Origin: Lingula anatina
Lineage: Eukaryota; Animalia; Brachiopoda
Assembly (NCBI GenBank): GCA_051362555.1
Contig: CM120644.1
Location: 11,430,567-11,494,566, forward strand
Direction: 5' to 3'
Length of the DNA stretch: 64,000 nucleotides
Shown: positions 37,984 to 50,700 of the stretch, in pieces
Numbering within the stretch: position 1 is the first letter of the stretch
Layout: each line of letters starts with the position of its first letter
Position numbers and translations under genes: made by a program
Notes under the pieces: generated by a model
Databases searched by the model: none
What the model was told of the DNA's origin: nothing
The model's input: the letters and a program-made list of their open reading frames with translations, nothing else

Positions 37984-40972
37984 TGTCTTTAATGAAATGA
38001 TATTTCTATTTCCAGGCTCTCAGTGAATCGAATAATATGCATTATTGACAAAACATTCATGTAAAGGCAGAGCCATTCTGCATTATAGCGTTCACTACTA
38101 GTATTTCATAATGGTTGCTTTTAGTATTGTACAGAATTTTCAGTAAATTTTCCCATTTACTTATTTATTTATTTATTTATTTATTTTGTAGATTGAGCCA
38201 GGAATTTCAAACTGTGTTTCACCTGTAGCACTCTGTAGAAACAAGAGCTAACTCTGGTCACACATACCATATCTGGTTGCAGAGGAATCTGTATATTTAT
38301 AATTGTTTATTTTACTTTTTATGATAAGAAAAAACAGGTGTGTTACAGACAGCTCATACACTCAATATTGACACAGATTGATTGTGGATAGAAGTCATTA
38401 TAGCTTCAACTATTTTGTTAAAAAATATGGTTAACCAGGATAAACAGCTGCGATTAATAGTCAACTTGCTTCTACAAACATAAAATAGGAACAAGTGCAA
38501 AAGCAGAGCTATGCAGTTGCTTTGTGATAGTAAATGACTGAGTATACGTTTGGTTTGAACATTGTATTGTAATACTTAAACATTGGATCCTGCGTGTTAC
38601 AACTGAAAAGACTTCATAAATATTCAAGTAACTTGAAAAAATTGAAGTGTGATAAGTGAACCATATGCTTTGTGTGGCGTCACTTTTGCTTGTTAAGCTA
38701 ATTCTAAGTTCAGAGTTGACGCTAACTTTTCTAATAAAGAGATCTTGCTTGTACATGTAACATATGAAGAGCGAATGCGTTCCTACTTGGCAAATAAACC
38801 ACATTCCAACAAGACATTGAGGAGTCATTATATGTCCCTGTTTTGCATGATATTTGTTCATACTTTCTTCATAATTAAAATTTGCAACTGAGAAACTGAG
38901 CATTTTCGATTTCAAAAGACCTTCAGTAGATGTTCATATCTATAGAGCCCATATTAAAATAGACGGCAAAACTGGCAAATATACGGGCGCTTTTTAAAAA
39001 AACCTTGTAAATCAAAACACAAAAAATTCTGTTTATCCTCTGTGGTGTTAAACCGGTGTTTTGTACGGTCCGTTCTGCGTGAACCATCCGTCCTGGCCGA
39101 TTGTACACGCAGCAGACGCATGTATAAACCGTTCCGTTAATGATCCGTTGTTACTCACTTTTACTGTTATACTCGGCTAGTGCATTGATGTGGCTTGTTC
39201 GTTTCCCGCCGTATTTACTATAATGGGGATATTTCTAGGTAAATTTTATGTGTTAATACAGAATCTTTAATTGATAATTTTGATAGAGAATGAACCCCTG
39301 ACCCCCCCCCCCCTCGATTTCTGATCCCCTCGTGAAATTAGAATTTTGACTAGCTGAACCATAGTTCTAAACCGTACCAAATGGCACCGTTCGCTCTTTA
39401 AAAATACCAAGAATTTTCGAGGCCCGCACCCCACGGCAAGAGGGGGAGAGAGCGTAGGCTTCGCATCCGCGGACCCCCCCCCCCCCCCCCTTCAAATAAT
39501 CCTGGATCCGGTGGAGTTGGATCTATCTACGTAGAACTATCCTTTCATGGGGAATGAGCCCTAAAAGAGAAATTAAGTGCTAAATGGCAGGTCGACTTCC
39601 TGGCTTAAAAAAAGTTGCGCACATACCGTGTACGTTAGTAAAAAAACTTGTGACATTAAAGAAAAGTACTCTAAAAAATTTTGGGACTTCTCGGGAACAT
39701 CTACTTAAGACAAGCTTAGCTAAGAGCGGTCCTCATTTATTGAATTTTGAAGGACAGCGCCACTTGCATCAAAAATACTACTAAAAGCCACTGCGTACCC
39801 TTTTTGTAAGGTGATAGAGAGAAGATGACCTATGCTTCGTGTCTCGTGTATCGAATAAAATTTTGCTAGAAGTTACATTCATATACGCTACTGAATGATT
39901 ACCCACAACTATCCGTGCGTAAATGACAGTGAGAAATATATTGCTATGTTAACCACAAAGGACATACAGGCAATGAGCAGGTTTTATCACTTAGGACAGT
40001 TGTGCCGAGGAGTGAGTCGTGATGGGAGGAGAAGATAACCCATTCCACCAGCTGGTCTCTATCCCAGGTCCTGTGCATGACAGTGAGGGATGGGACGCCG
40101 AGGGCAAGCAAGGAGTAAAATCAGCGAGAGTTCCCTGAGCCATGCAGTCGAATAGACGGTCGATGCTGGTCGAATGTAAAACAGGAAACGGAAGTAGGCT
40201 TATCCGTGCAGCTGCTCATGCACCTAGCATTTGTTTCTTTAAGTTAATCTTACATTTACTTACAGAGTATGAAATGGATGTGTTTTACTGTGGAGTTCAT
40301 AAGGTTCACCAGTGCTACCATCCTTGTTATTTGTGGTGTCCTCTAAAATAAAAGGAATATTACAAGTGGTTCGTTAGGGCCCGTCGGCTACCATATCTAT
40401 GACTTACAATACTGACTGATTGTGATACTTTACGAGTCGTTGAGATTTCATGTAGGCCCTATGCCTGTGTAACACGAATGTAAATCCGCTAGGAACCGTA
40501 GTCCCATTACTTTGTACAGGTGTCATTCGTCCCATATACTAACCCCAATATCCCCATTGACCCTCACCTGTACTAATCGTATGAGAGCCCGGGCTTCCAT
40601 TCCTAGGACTCCCATTCCTATATCACACCTGGCGCACCACAAAGGATGCGTCTCGATAGTCTATCTGAAGGTTCCATGAGGTCCATTGGTCCGATTACTC
40701 GTAACAATTTTCATCAATTTTTAAATAAAAGGGCTCGTTGGTCCAAAGGTTTTGTAGTGAACAACGTGGACCAATGAATTTCAGACCGTTGAACTTTGGT
40801 CTATTGGCATGTCCCCGTCCAAACTCTCCCCTCTTGACCCTCAGCTAATGACTTGGCTCCTTCACGCTAATGCTACAGTACATCTTATTTATCATTGCGT
40901 GTACGGCATAACGCACTTTGACGGAGTATTTCGAACGTTTTCTAGCATCAGCAGGTAACAAGAAGACACAGT

Positions 40973-41897
40973 ATGAAGATCGCGATAGTTTTCTGTCTGT
41001 TCTTTGCCGTTGCATTGTCTCAGGCGCCGACCGAGAAGCCCGTGAGTAGACTAATAAGTATCAAATAGAGTTTTTTTCTTTTGTTAAAAATTATCGCGGC
41101 ACACTTAACATTAATTGATATAGCGCTGAAAATTGGACTGATTTTCTTCGCGTCTATCTCTGTGTTTATTTTTAGTATATTTTTTCAAGGTTAGAGTTGA
41201 AATCACTTGGAAACATAAATATAAATCATTGTCATTAAGTTTGGCGATATGTATTTTATTTCTACACATTCTCATCATTTAACATAAGACCAAGCCGCTT
41301 GGCTACGAGTGTCACGACGATAGTGACTGTGCTCCTACAGCTTGTTGCCGTGGCAACGTCCACATGCAATGGTCACGTAACGGACGCTGCTCTTTGAAGA
41401 TTAGAGAGGGCAAACGATGCGACCCCAACGCACCTAAGGTAGAACATTAAACACAGTAGATGATAATTCAGCTTTGGTGTAATGCTCGGTAAACGTAGGA
41501 TTGTTACATAGGGGAAAAAATTCTACACCTCTGATTTCTTTATTAGAAAGTTCCCTTCCCCTATATTCAAACGAGAACAAAAGTACAAGAGTAACTTATA
41601 ATGCATATACCCATACATTTAATTTTACAGAAAGACTGTCCTATTTTCTCAGATTGACGCCCTGCTATCATTATTCGACTCTATGTATTTTATCATTTGT
41701 TTTCTATTGCTTTAATTGTATTTGCAAGGTGTCGTTTTTGTATTGAAATGATACAATGTTTTGTCTAGGTTGACGATGAGGGGCGCCGGTTTGACTGCGG
41801 TTGCAGCGTTGGAATGGCCTGTAGCAAGGTTTTCTATACGGGTCTTTTTGGCGCCGAATATCACGTGTTCGAATGCAGGAATGTGACGTCATCCTAA
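40973..41897 (+). CDS. Small secreted 10-Cys prokineticin/astakine/colipase-fold protein, 115 aa, 3 exons (not in ORF track)
   Basis: Exons 40973-41041 (MKIAIVFCLFFAVALSQAPTEKP, donor gtgagt), 41289-41438 (TKPLGYECHDDSDCAPTACCRGNVHMQWSRNGRCSLKIREGKRCDPNAPK, donor gtagaa), 41769-41897 (VDDEGRRFDCGCSVGMACSKVFYTGLFGAEYHVFECRNVTSS*). Both introns are phase 0. Cys spacing C-x5-C-x4-CC-x13-C-x9-C-x15-CxC-x5-C-x17-C. AATAAA at 42151. Confidence 0.85.
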
Positions 41898-42653
41898 GCA
41901 AACCAAAAGTTGCAAGCCACAATAATGCGCCAAACGAGCATTTACAATGTTCATTCTGAACATCAATGACAAACCAAATGGACAAGTGAAAAAGTTGATG
42001 ATAATTATATCCTTACGATAAGCCAAGACATCCTAACATAAATGCAGAAACAAAAGACAACGCAAGCAATCGGTCAAAATTCATGTATATTTTATTCGGA
42101 TTATTTGAAATATTAAATTTTGTCGCATTGGGATCTTTTTTCTGTTATGAAATAAAAGCTGGTTAAAATACATTCTGTGATGTCGTTTCGATACCTCCAA
42201 CATATATCCAGATTTGGATTTTAAACGACGTGTAATTAAAGTAATTTGATTAACACAGAAATATAAATTGTTAAATTTCAATTAAATATTGTAAATCAAA
42301 ATTATAATAAAACCCCTCAAAACAAATATTACTGTACTATACTTAAGATAAAATCAATTACAAAGCACAGAATAAAAACAACGCATCATTTTCAAACCTA
42401 ATAACGAAGTAAACCCTTTAACTACCTTTCTAACTATTAACTACATGTACATGCATCCTTAATAACAAAAAACATGTTGTAAGCAATGAAATGAAACAAA
42501 CGTTAATAACATATAATAGCTGAAAATAATTTTTTTATACACAATAAGATTATTTAAATAACGTGCAGCTACTGACAACAAAGGTTAATAGTTTGTATCG
42601 AAATGACCTGGAGTTTGGGAAAACTGTGCGCCAACACTTTGACTCTTTAGGTA

Positions 42654-42744
42654 CCAAGCAAACACACAGCGTTATCATAACGTTTCCATAACGTTACTAA
42701 TAAATGTTATGGTAACGTTATAATAACGCCCTGTGTTTGATGGG
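42654..42744. mobile_element. Tiny palindromic MITE with TA flanks
   Basis: TA-ccaagcaaacacacagcgttatcataacgtttccataac ... gttatggtaacgttataataacgccctgtgtttgatggg-TA. Confidence 0.7.
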
Positions 42745-43809
42745 TATAGAAAAGATGCTCACACGTGGCAGGGTGGTAGCAATGGTGGTCCGCTAGGAAC
42801 AGTGATCCCATTACTTTGTTCAGGTGATATTCACCCCATGTACTAGCTCCAATACTACGGCTAACCCTAATTATAAGCTGTTCTCACTTGTACCAGCATC
42901 TTATCATAATTATATGAAACCCTGATTTTTATTCCTAGGTTTACTACCATCATGTTCCCAGTGCCATGAAATCATAATTTCAGAGGCGCATTAATTGATG
43001 TATGTTGTTTTGAACAAATAAACTAACCACTGCATTAAACGTTCTCTGAGACATAAACAATTGTTACACAGTTGAGGAGGTAAAATATATCTCTTAACTG
43101 GCTCTGATCTTAATGATGGAACATACACAAAATAGAACATTATTTGTTCTGAAAATTAATAGAAACTCGCATTTTTAAGAAACTTTACATTATTTTAATT
43201 TACTTCATAAAGTTAGTATTTCAGAATTTTTTTGTGTGACAAGATTTTTATATTTTTAATATTTTTGTACGGCGCACTGAAATGATATGGAGTGCATCAT
43301 AAAATTATTATTACTTTCATTAGTATTATCATTAATGAACCTTCATCCTATGCAGTCCATAATGCTATATACATTACTGTCTATATTTTTGATAAAAGCC
43401 CTATTTGATGTAAGTTCGTGAGAGCCCATTACTATGACTGGATAAACACGAAGTCACAGCGGAGTTGAATTGAACACCCGCAGAAATAAAATTATTTCAG
43501 GTCGGATGTGCTATCGACTCGCTTCGCTATCTACCGGATCCTTCTGCACCACCACCTCGTGCACACTTCCGGTGGTTTCCAGCTCGATCTCACCAAGGTA
43601 ACAATGACGTAGCTCTGATCATCAGAGACCCGTATGTTACCAACATGATTCCTAGCCCAGTGTTATCAACACTGGATAGCGCCAACCTATGGAGAACACT
43701 GCCCACTGGATTCAATTAACCTCTATACAGTTATACTGGGTATCGCGACGTTCCCCAAACGTTAGACACTATTTTGTTTCTGATGGTGCCATCCAGCGGT
43801 TAGAAATGA

Positions 43810-43862
43810 TGTGTATGTTTGTGTGTGTGTCTGTGTGTGTGTATGTTTGTGTGTGTGTGTGT
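43810..43862. repeat. Imperfect (GT)n microsatellite
   Basis: Directly visible. Confidence 0.9.
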
Positions 43863-44735
43863 AAGAGACAATACAGAATGACCGCAAACGGACCAGCACT
43901 TTGTCACAAGTCCTACGCCTTTTTCTAATTTTAATAAATAGAGGAATTTGAAAAAAGGTTTGTGTTGAACAGTCGGCTCCTCAATATCCGTAAATGACCA
44001 GATGGATACCAAATGAAGGATAAAGAAACCTATCAATTATTTCCCTTTTCAATTCTGTTCTTAATGCAAATCACATAATATTCTTATGCGATAATTGTCA
44101 AGAGTCATTAAGTTACATTTAAAATCTGTATTTTTGGTCATAATAATACGGAAACATAATTATTATTACTTCTGTATATGAATATAGGGGTACACCTTGA
44201 AACGCTTGATCCAAAGCTTTCTTAATTTAAATAACTATTTATTAGTAGTTATAATATCAACCAATCCTTGTAATAACCAACAAATGTTAATCAAGTTAGT
44301 TATAGTATAGCATTTCTTATCATCTTAAATGTGAAAAGTCTAAATCCAGACAGTGTAATTTTATACTTAAAAGTACACACACGTTTGTCAAGATAACATT
44401 GAGCATAAGGCCTGATCCACGTTGGATAATAATCAACAGAGAGCGCTTGGGATCCATCAAAATATCAAACAACGTTGTTTCAAAACTAAACATAAAGTAT
44501 TTAAGTGCTGATGGCCGCATGAAGCCATGTGAGGGCTCACTAGAATATGATACACTGTCAAACAATTAATGTTCGCAACATTTTAGATATCATCAAATAA
44601 AGGTTAATATATGGTGTGTCCTTCATCAATAGATAAAATGATATTGTTTCAAAAATAATTAGTAATTAATACATTTTTATTGAACATACTTTTACCATTC
44701 TATTATAACTGAACCATAACTGACTATCATCATTA

Positions 44736-47700
44736 TTACTCGCGGTGGACCTGTCGGTTGCTCAATCGCAGCAACAAATCGTGAACCTTGTCAAAGAACG
44801 TGCCCACGTCTGTAGTGCGGGAAGCGATGTTCCCTGCGCCACTCACAAGACATCTCAGGGCCTTTTCTAAGTCTTCGTCTTCATTAATGTTAGTGCAGTC
44901 TAAAGTGGTAGTCTCAACTCGCATAGTTGTAGTAGTGACAGGGGCATCAGTGGTGCCAGCTATAGATCCAGGAGCAGCAGAAGTGGTTGAGATAGCAGTT
45001 GAGATAGTTGTCAACCCATCGGTAACACTGGCAGTTGGTGCATGAGTGAGGCCATCGGCAGTAGTAACTGCATCAGTAACGCTGACAGCTGGTGCAACAG
45101 TGAGGCCATCGGCAGTAGTGACAGCATCGGTAACACTGACAGTTGGTGCAACAGTGAGGCCATCGGCAGTAGTGACAGCATCGGTAACACTGACACTTGG
45201 TGCAACACTGAGGCCATCGGCAGTAGTGACAGCATCGGTAACACTGACAGTTGGTGCAACAGTAAGGCCATCGGCAGTAGTGACAGCATCGGTAACACTG
45301 ACAGTTGGTGCAACAGTGAGGCCATCGGCAGTAGTGACAGCATCGGTAACACTGACAGTTGGTGCAACAGTGAGGCCATCGGCAGTAGTGACAGCATCGG
45401 TAACATTAACAGTTGGTGAAACAGTGAGGCCATCGGCAGTAGTGACAGCATCGGTAACACTGACAGTTGGTGCAACAGTGAGGCCATCGGCGGTAGTGAC
45501 AGCATCGGTAACACTGACAGTTGGTGCAACAGTGAGGCCATCGGCGGTAGTGACAGCATCGGTAACACTGACAGTTGGTGCAACAGTGAGGCCATCGGCG
45601 GTAGTGACAGCATCGGTAACATTGACAGTTGGTGCAAAAGTGAGGCCATCGGCGGTAGTGACAGCATCGGTAACACTGACAGTTGGTGCAACAGTGAGGC
45701 CATCGGCAGTAGTGACAGCATCAGTAACACTGACAGTTGGTGCAACAGTGAGGCCATCAGCAGTAGTGACAGCATCAGTAACACTGACAGTTGGTGCAAC
45801 AGTGAGGCCATCGGCAGTAGTGACAGCATCAGTAACACTGACAGTTGGTGCAACAGTGAGGCCATCGGCAGTAGTGACAGCATCGGTAACACTGACAGTT
45901 GGTGCAACAGTGAGGCCATCGGCGGTAGTGACAGCATCAGTAACACTGACAGTTGGTGCAACAGTGAGGCCATCAGCAGTAGTGACAGCATCAGTAACAC
46001 TGACAGTTGGTGCAACAGTGAGGCCATCGGCAGTAGTGACAGCATCAGTAACACTGACAGTTGGTGCAACAGTGAGGCCATCGGCAGTAGTGACAGCATC
46101 AGTAACACTGACAGTTGGTGCAACAGTGAGGCCATCGGCAGTAGTGACAGCATCAGTAACACTGACAGTTGGTGCAACAGTGAGGCCATCGGCGGTAGTG
46201 ACAGCATCGGTAACATTAACAGTTGGTGCAACAGTGAGGCCATCAGCAGTAGTGACAGCATCAGTAACACTGACAGTTGGTGCAACAGTGAGGCCATCGG
46301 CAGTAGTGACAGCATCAGTAACACTGACAGTTGGTGCAACAGTGAGGCCATCGGCGGTAGTGACAGCATCAGTAACACTGACAGTTGGTGCAACAGTGAG
46401 GCCATCAGCGTTAGTGACAGCATCGGTAACACTGACAGTTGGTGCAACAGTGAGGCCATCGGCGGTAGTTACAGCATCGGTTACGTTAACAGTTGGTGCA
46501 ACAGTGAGGCCATCGGCAGTAGTGACAGCATCGGTAACACTGACAGTTGGTGCAACAGTGAGGCCATCGGCAGTAGTGACAGCATCGGTAACACTGACAG
46601 TTGGTGCAACGGTGAGGCCATCGGCAGTAGTGACAGCATCGGTAACACTGACAGTTGGTGCAACAGTGAGGCCATCGGCAGTAGTGACAGCATCGGTAAC
46701 ATTAACAGTTGGTGCAACAGTGAGGCCATCGGCAGTAGTGACAGCATCGGTAACACTGACAGTTGGTGAAACAGTGAGGCCATCGGCAGTAGTGACAGCA
46801 TCGGTAACACTGACAGTTGGTGCAACAGTGAGGCCATCGGCGGTAGTGACAGCATCGGTAACACTGACAGTTGGTGCAACAGTGAGGCCATCGGCGGTAG
46901 TGACAGCATCAGTAACACTGACAGTTGGTGCAACAGTGAGGCCATCAGCGTTAGTGACAGCATCGGTAACACTGACAGTTGGTGCAACAGTGAGGCCATC
47001 GGCGGTAGTTACAGAATCGGTAACATTAACAGTTGGTGCAACAGTGAGGCCATCGGCAGTAGTGACAGCATCGGTAACACTGACAGTTGGTGCAACGGTG
47101 AGGCCATCGGCAGTAGTGACAGCATCGGTAACACTGACAGTTGGTGCAACAGTGAGGCCATCGGCAGTAGTGACAGCATCGGTAACATTAACAGTTGGTG
47201 CAACAGTGAGGCCATCGGCAGTAGTGACAGCATCGGTAACACTGACAGTTGGTGAAACAGTGAGGCCATCGGCAGTAGTGACAGCATCGGTAACACTGAC
47301 AGTTGGTGCAACAGTGAGGCCATCGGCGGTAGTGACAGCATCGGTAACACTGACAGTTGGTGCAACAGTGAGGCCATCGGCGGTAGTGACAGCATCAGTA
47401 ACACTGACAGTTGGTGCAACAGTGAGGCCATCGGCGGTAGTGACAGCATCGGTAACATTGACAGTTGGTGCAACAGTGAGGCCATCGGCGGTAGTGACAG
47501 CATCGGTAACACTGACAGTTGGTGCAACAGTGAGGCCATCGGCAGTAGTGACAGCATCAGTAACACTGACAGTTGGTGCAACAGTGAGGCCATCAGCAGT
47601 AGTGACAGCATCAGTAACACTGACAGTTGGTGCAACAGTGAGGCCATCGGCAGTAGTGACAGCATCAGTAACACTGACAGTTGGTGCAACAGTGAGGCCA

Positions 47701-50700
47701 TCGGCAGTAGTGACAGCATCGGTAACACTGACAGTTGGTGCAACAGTGAGGCCATCGACGGTAGTGACAGCATCAGTAACACTGACAGTTGGTGCAACAG
47801 TGAGGCCATCGGCGGTAGTGACAGCATCAGTAACACTGACAGTTGGTGCAACAGTGAGGCCATCAGCGTTAGTGACAGCATCGGTAACACTGACAGTTGG
47901 TGCAACAGTGAGGCCATCGGCGGTAGTTACAGCATCGGTTACATTAACAGTTGGTGCAACAGTGAGGCCATCGGCAGTAGTGACAGCATCGGTAACACTG
48001 ACAGTTGGTGCAACAGTGAGGCCATCGGCAGTAGTGACAGCATCGGTAACACTGACAGTTGGTGCAACGGTGAGGCCATCGGCAGTAGTGACAGCATCGG
48101 TAACACTGACAGTTGGTGCAACAGTGAGGCCATCGGCAGTAGTGACAGCATCGGTAACATTAACAGTTGGTGCAACAGTGAGGCCATCGGCAGTAGTGAC
48201 AGCATCGGTAACACTGACAGTTGGTGAAACAGTGAGGCCATCGGCAGTAGTGACAGCATCGGTAACACTGACAGTTGGTGCAACAGTGAGGCCATCGGCG
48301 GTAGTGACAGCATCGGTAACACTGACAGTTGGTGCAACAGTGAGGCCATCGGCGGTAGTGACAGCATCAGTAACACTGACAGTTGGTGCAACAGTGAGGC
48401 CATCGGCGGTAGTGACAGCATCGGTAACATTGACAGTTGGTGCAACAGTGAGGCCATCGGCGGTAGTGACAGCATCGGTAACACTGACAGTCGGTGCAAC
48501 AGTGAGGCCATCGGCAGTAGTGACAGCATCAGTAACACTGACAGTCGGTGCAACAGTGAGGCCATCAGCAGTAGTGACAGCATCAGTAACATTAACAGTT
48601 GGTGCAACAGTGAGGCCATCGGCAGTAGTGACAGCATCGGTAACACTGACAGTTGGTGCAACAGTGAGGCCATCGGCAGTAGTGACAGCATCAGTAACGC
48701 TGACCGTTGGTGCAACAGTGAGTCCATCAGCAGTAGTGACAGCATCAGTAACACTGACAGTTGGTGCAACAGTGAGGTCATCAGCAGTAGTGACAGCATC
48801 GGTAACATTAACAGTTGGTGCAACAGTGAGGCCATCGGCGGTAGTGACAGCATCGGTAACACTGACAGTTGGTGCAACAGTGAGGCCATCGGCAGTAGTG
48901 ACAGCATCGGTAACACTGACGGTTGGTGCAACGGTGAGGCCATCGGCAGTAGTGACAGCATCGGTAACACTGACAGTTGGTGCAACAGTGAGGCCATCGG
49001 CAGTAGTGACAGCATCGGTAACATTAACAGTTGGTGCAACAGTGAGGCCATCGGCAGTAGTGACAGCATCAGTAACACTGACAGTTGGTGCAACAGTGAG
49101 GCCATCGGCAGTAGTGACAGCATCGGTAACACTGACAGTTGGTGAAACAGTGAGGCCATCGGCAGTAGTGACAGCATCGGTAACACTGACAGTTGGTGCA
49201 ATAGTGAGGCCATCGGCGGTAGTGACAGCATCGGTAACACTGACAGTTGGTGCAACAGTGAGGCCATCGGCGGTAGTGACAGCATCAGTAACACTGACAG
49301 TTGGTGCAACAGTGAGGCCATCGGCGGTAGTGACAGCATCGGTAACATTGACAGTTGGTGCAACAGTGAGGCCATCGGCGGTAGTGACAGCATCGGTAAC
49401 ACTGACAGTTGGTGCAACAGTGAGGCCATCGGCAGTAGTGACAGCATCAGTAACACTGACAGTTGGTGCAACAGTGAGGCCATCAGCAGTAGTGACAGCA
49501 TCAGTAACGCTGACCGTTGGTGCAACAGTGAGTCCATCAGCAGTAGTGACAGCATCAGTAACACTGACAGTTGGTGCAACAGTGAGGCCATCAGCAGTAG
49601 TGACAGCATCGGTAACATTAACAGTTGGTGCAACAGTGAGGCCATCGGCGGTAGTGACAGCATCGGTAACACTGACAGTTGGTGCAACAGTGAGGCCATC
49701 GGCAGTAGTGACAGCATCGGTAACACTGACGGTTGGTGCAACGGTGAGGCCATCGGCAGTAGTGACAGCATCGGTAACACTGACAGTTGGTGCAACAGTG
49801 AGGCCATCGGCAGTAGTGACAGCATCGGTAACATTAACAGTTGGTGCAACAGTGAGGCCATCGGCAGTAGTGACAGCATCGGTAACATTGACAGTTGGTG
49901 CAACAGTGAGGCCATCGGCAGTAGTGACAGCATCGGTAACACTGACAGTTGGTGAAACAGTGAGGCCATCGGCAGTAGTGACAGCATCGGTAACACTGAC
50001 AGTTGGTGCAACAGTGAGGCCATCGGCGGTAGTGACAGCATCGGTAACACTGACAGTTGGTGCAACAGTGAGGCCATCGGCGGTAGTGACAGCATCAGTA
50101 ACACTGACAGTTGGTGCAACAGTGAGGCCATCGGCGGTAGTGACAGCATCGGTAACATTGACAGTTGGTGCAACAGTGAGGCCATCGGCGGTAGTGACAG
50201 CATCGGTAACACTGACAGTTGGTGCAACAGTGAGGCCATCGGCAGTAGTGACAGCATCAGTAACACTGACAGTTGGTGCAACAGTGAGGCCATCAGCAGT
50301 AGTGACAGCATCAGTAACACTGACAGTTGGTGCAACAGTGAGGCCATCGGCAGTAGTGACAGCATCAGTAACACTGACAGTTGGTGCAACAGTGAGGCCA
50401 TCGGCAGTAGTGACAGCATCGGTAACACTGACAGTTGGTGCAACAGTGAGGCCATCGGCGGTAGTGACAGCATCAGTAACACTGACAGTTGGTGCAACAG
50501 TGAGGCCATCAGCAGTAGTGACAGCATCGGTAACATTAACAGTTGGTGCAACAGTGAGGCCATCGGCGGTAGTGACAGCATCGGTAACACTGACAGTTGG
50601 TGCAACAGTGAGGCCATCGGCAGTAGTGACAGCATCGGTAACACTGACAGTTGGTGCAACGGTGAGGCCATCGGCAGTAGTGACAGCATCGGTAACACTG

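Larger units (their letters stand above)
1..39060 (+). repeat. Tandem segmental duplication carrying the two progranulin genes (copy 1: <=1 to ~18435; copy 2: ~21085 to ~39060)
   Basis: Non-coding homology: 4-245 vs 21084-21320; 1610-1910 vs 21347-21610; 16150-17130 vs 37868-38590; 18047-18435 vs 38645-39059; shared (CT)n and (ATTT)n tracts at equivalent positions. Confidence 0.9.

Noticed and set aside
1-39060. The two progranulin copies as an uncollapsed-haplotype assembly artefact
   Set aside because: Copies differ by many intronic substitutions, distinct transposon insertions and wholly different exon content; true paralogy is more likely, though read depth should be checked.
40040-40115. 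tRNA-like sequence on the minus strand
   Set aside because: Only loose resemblance to a tRNA-derived SINE head; no intact cloverleaf or T-loop, so no tRNA is called.
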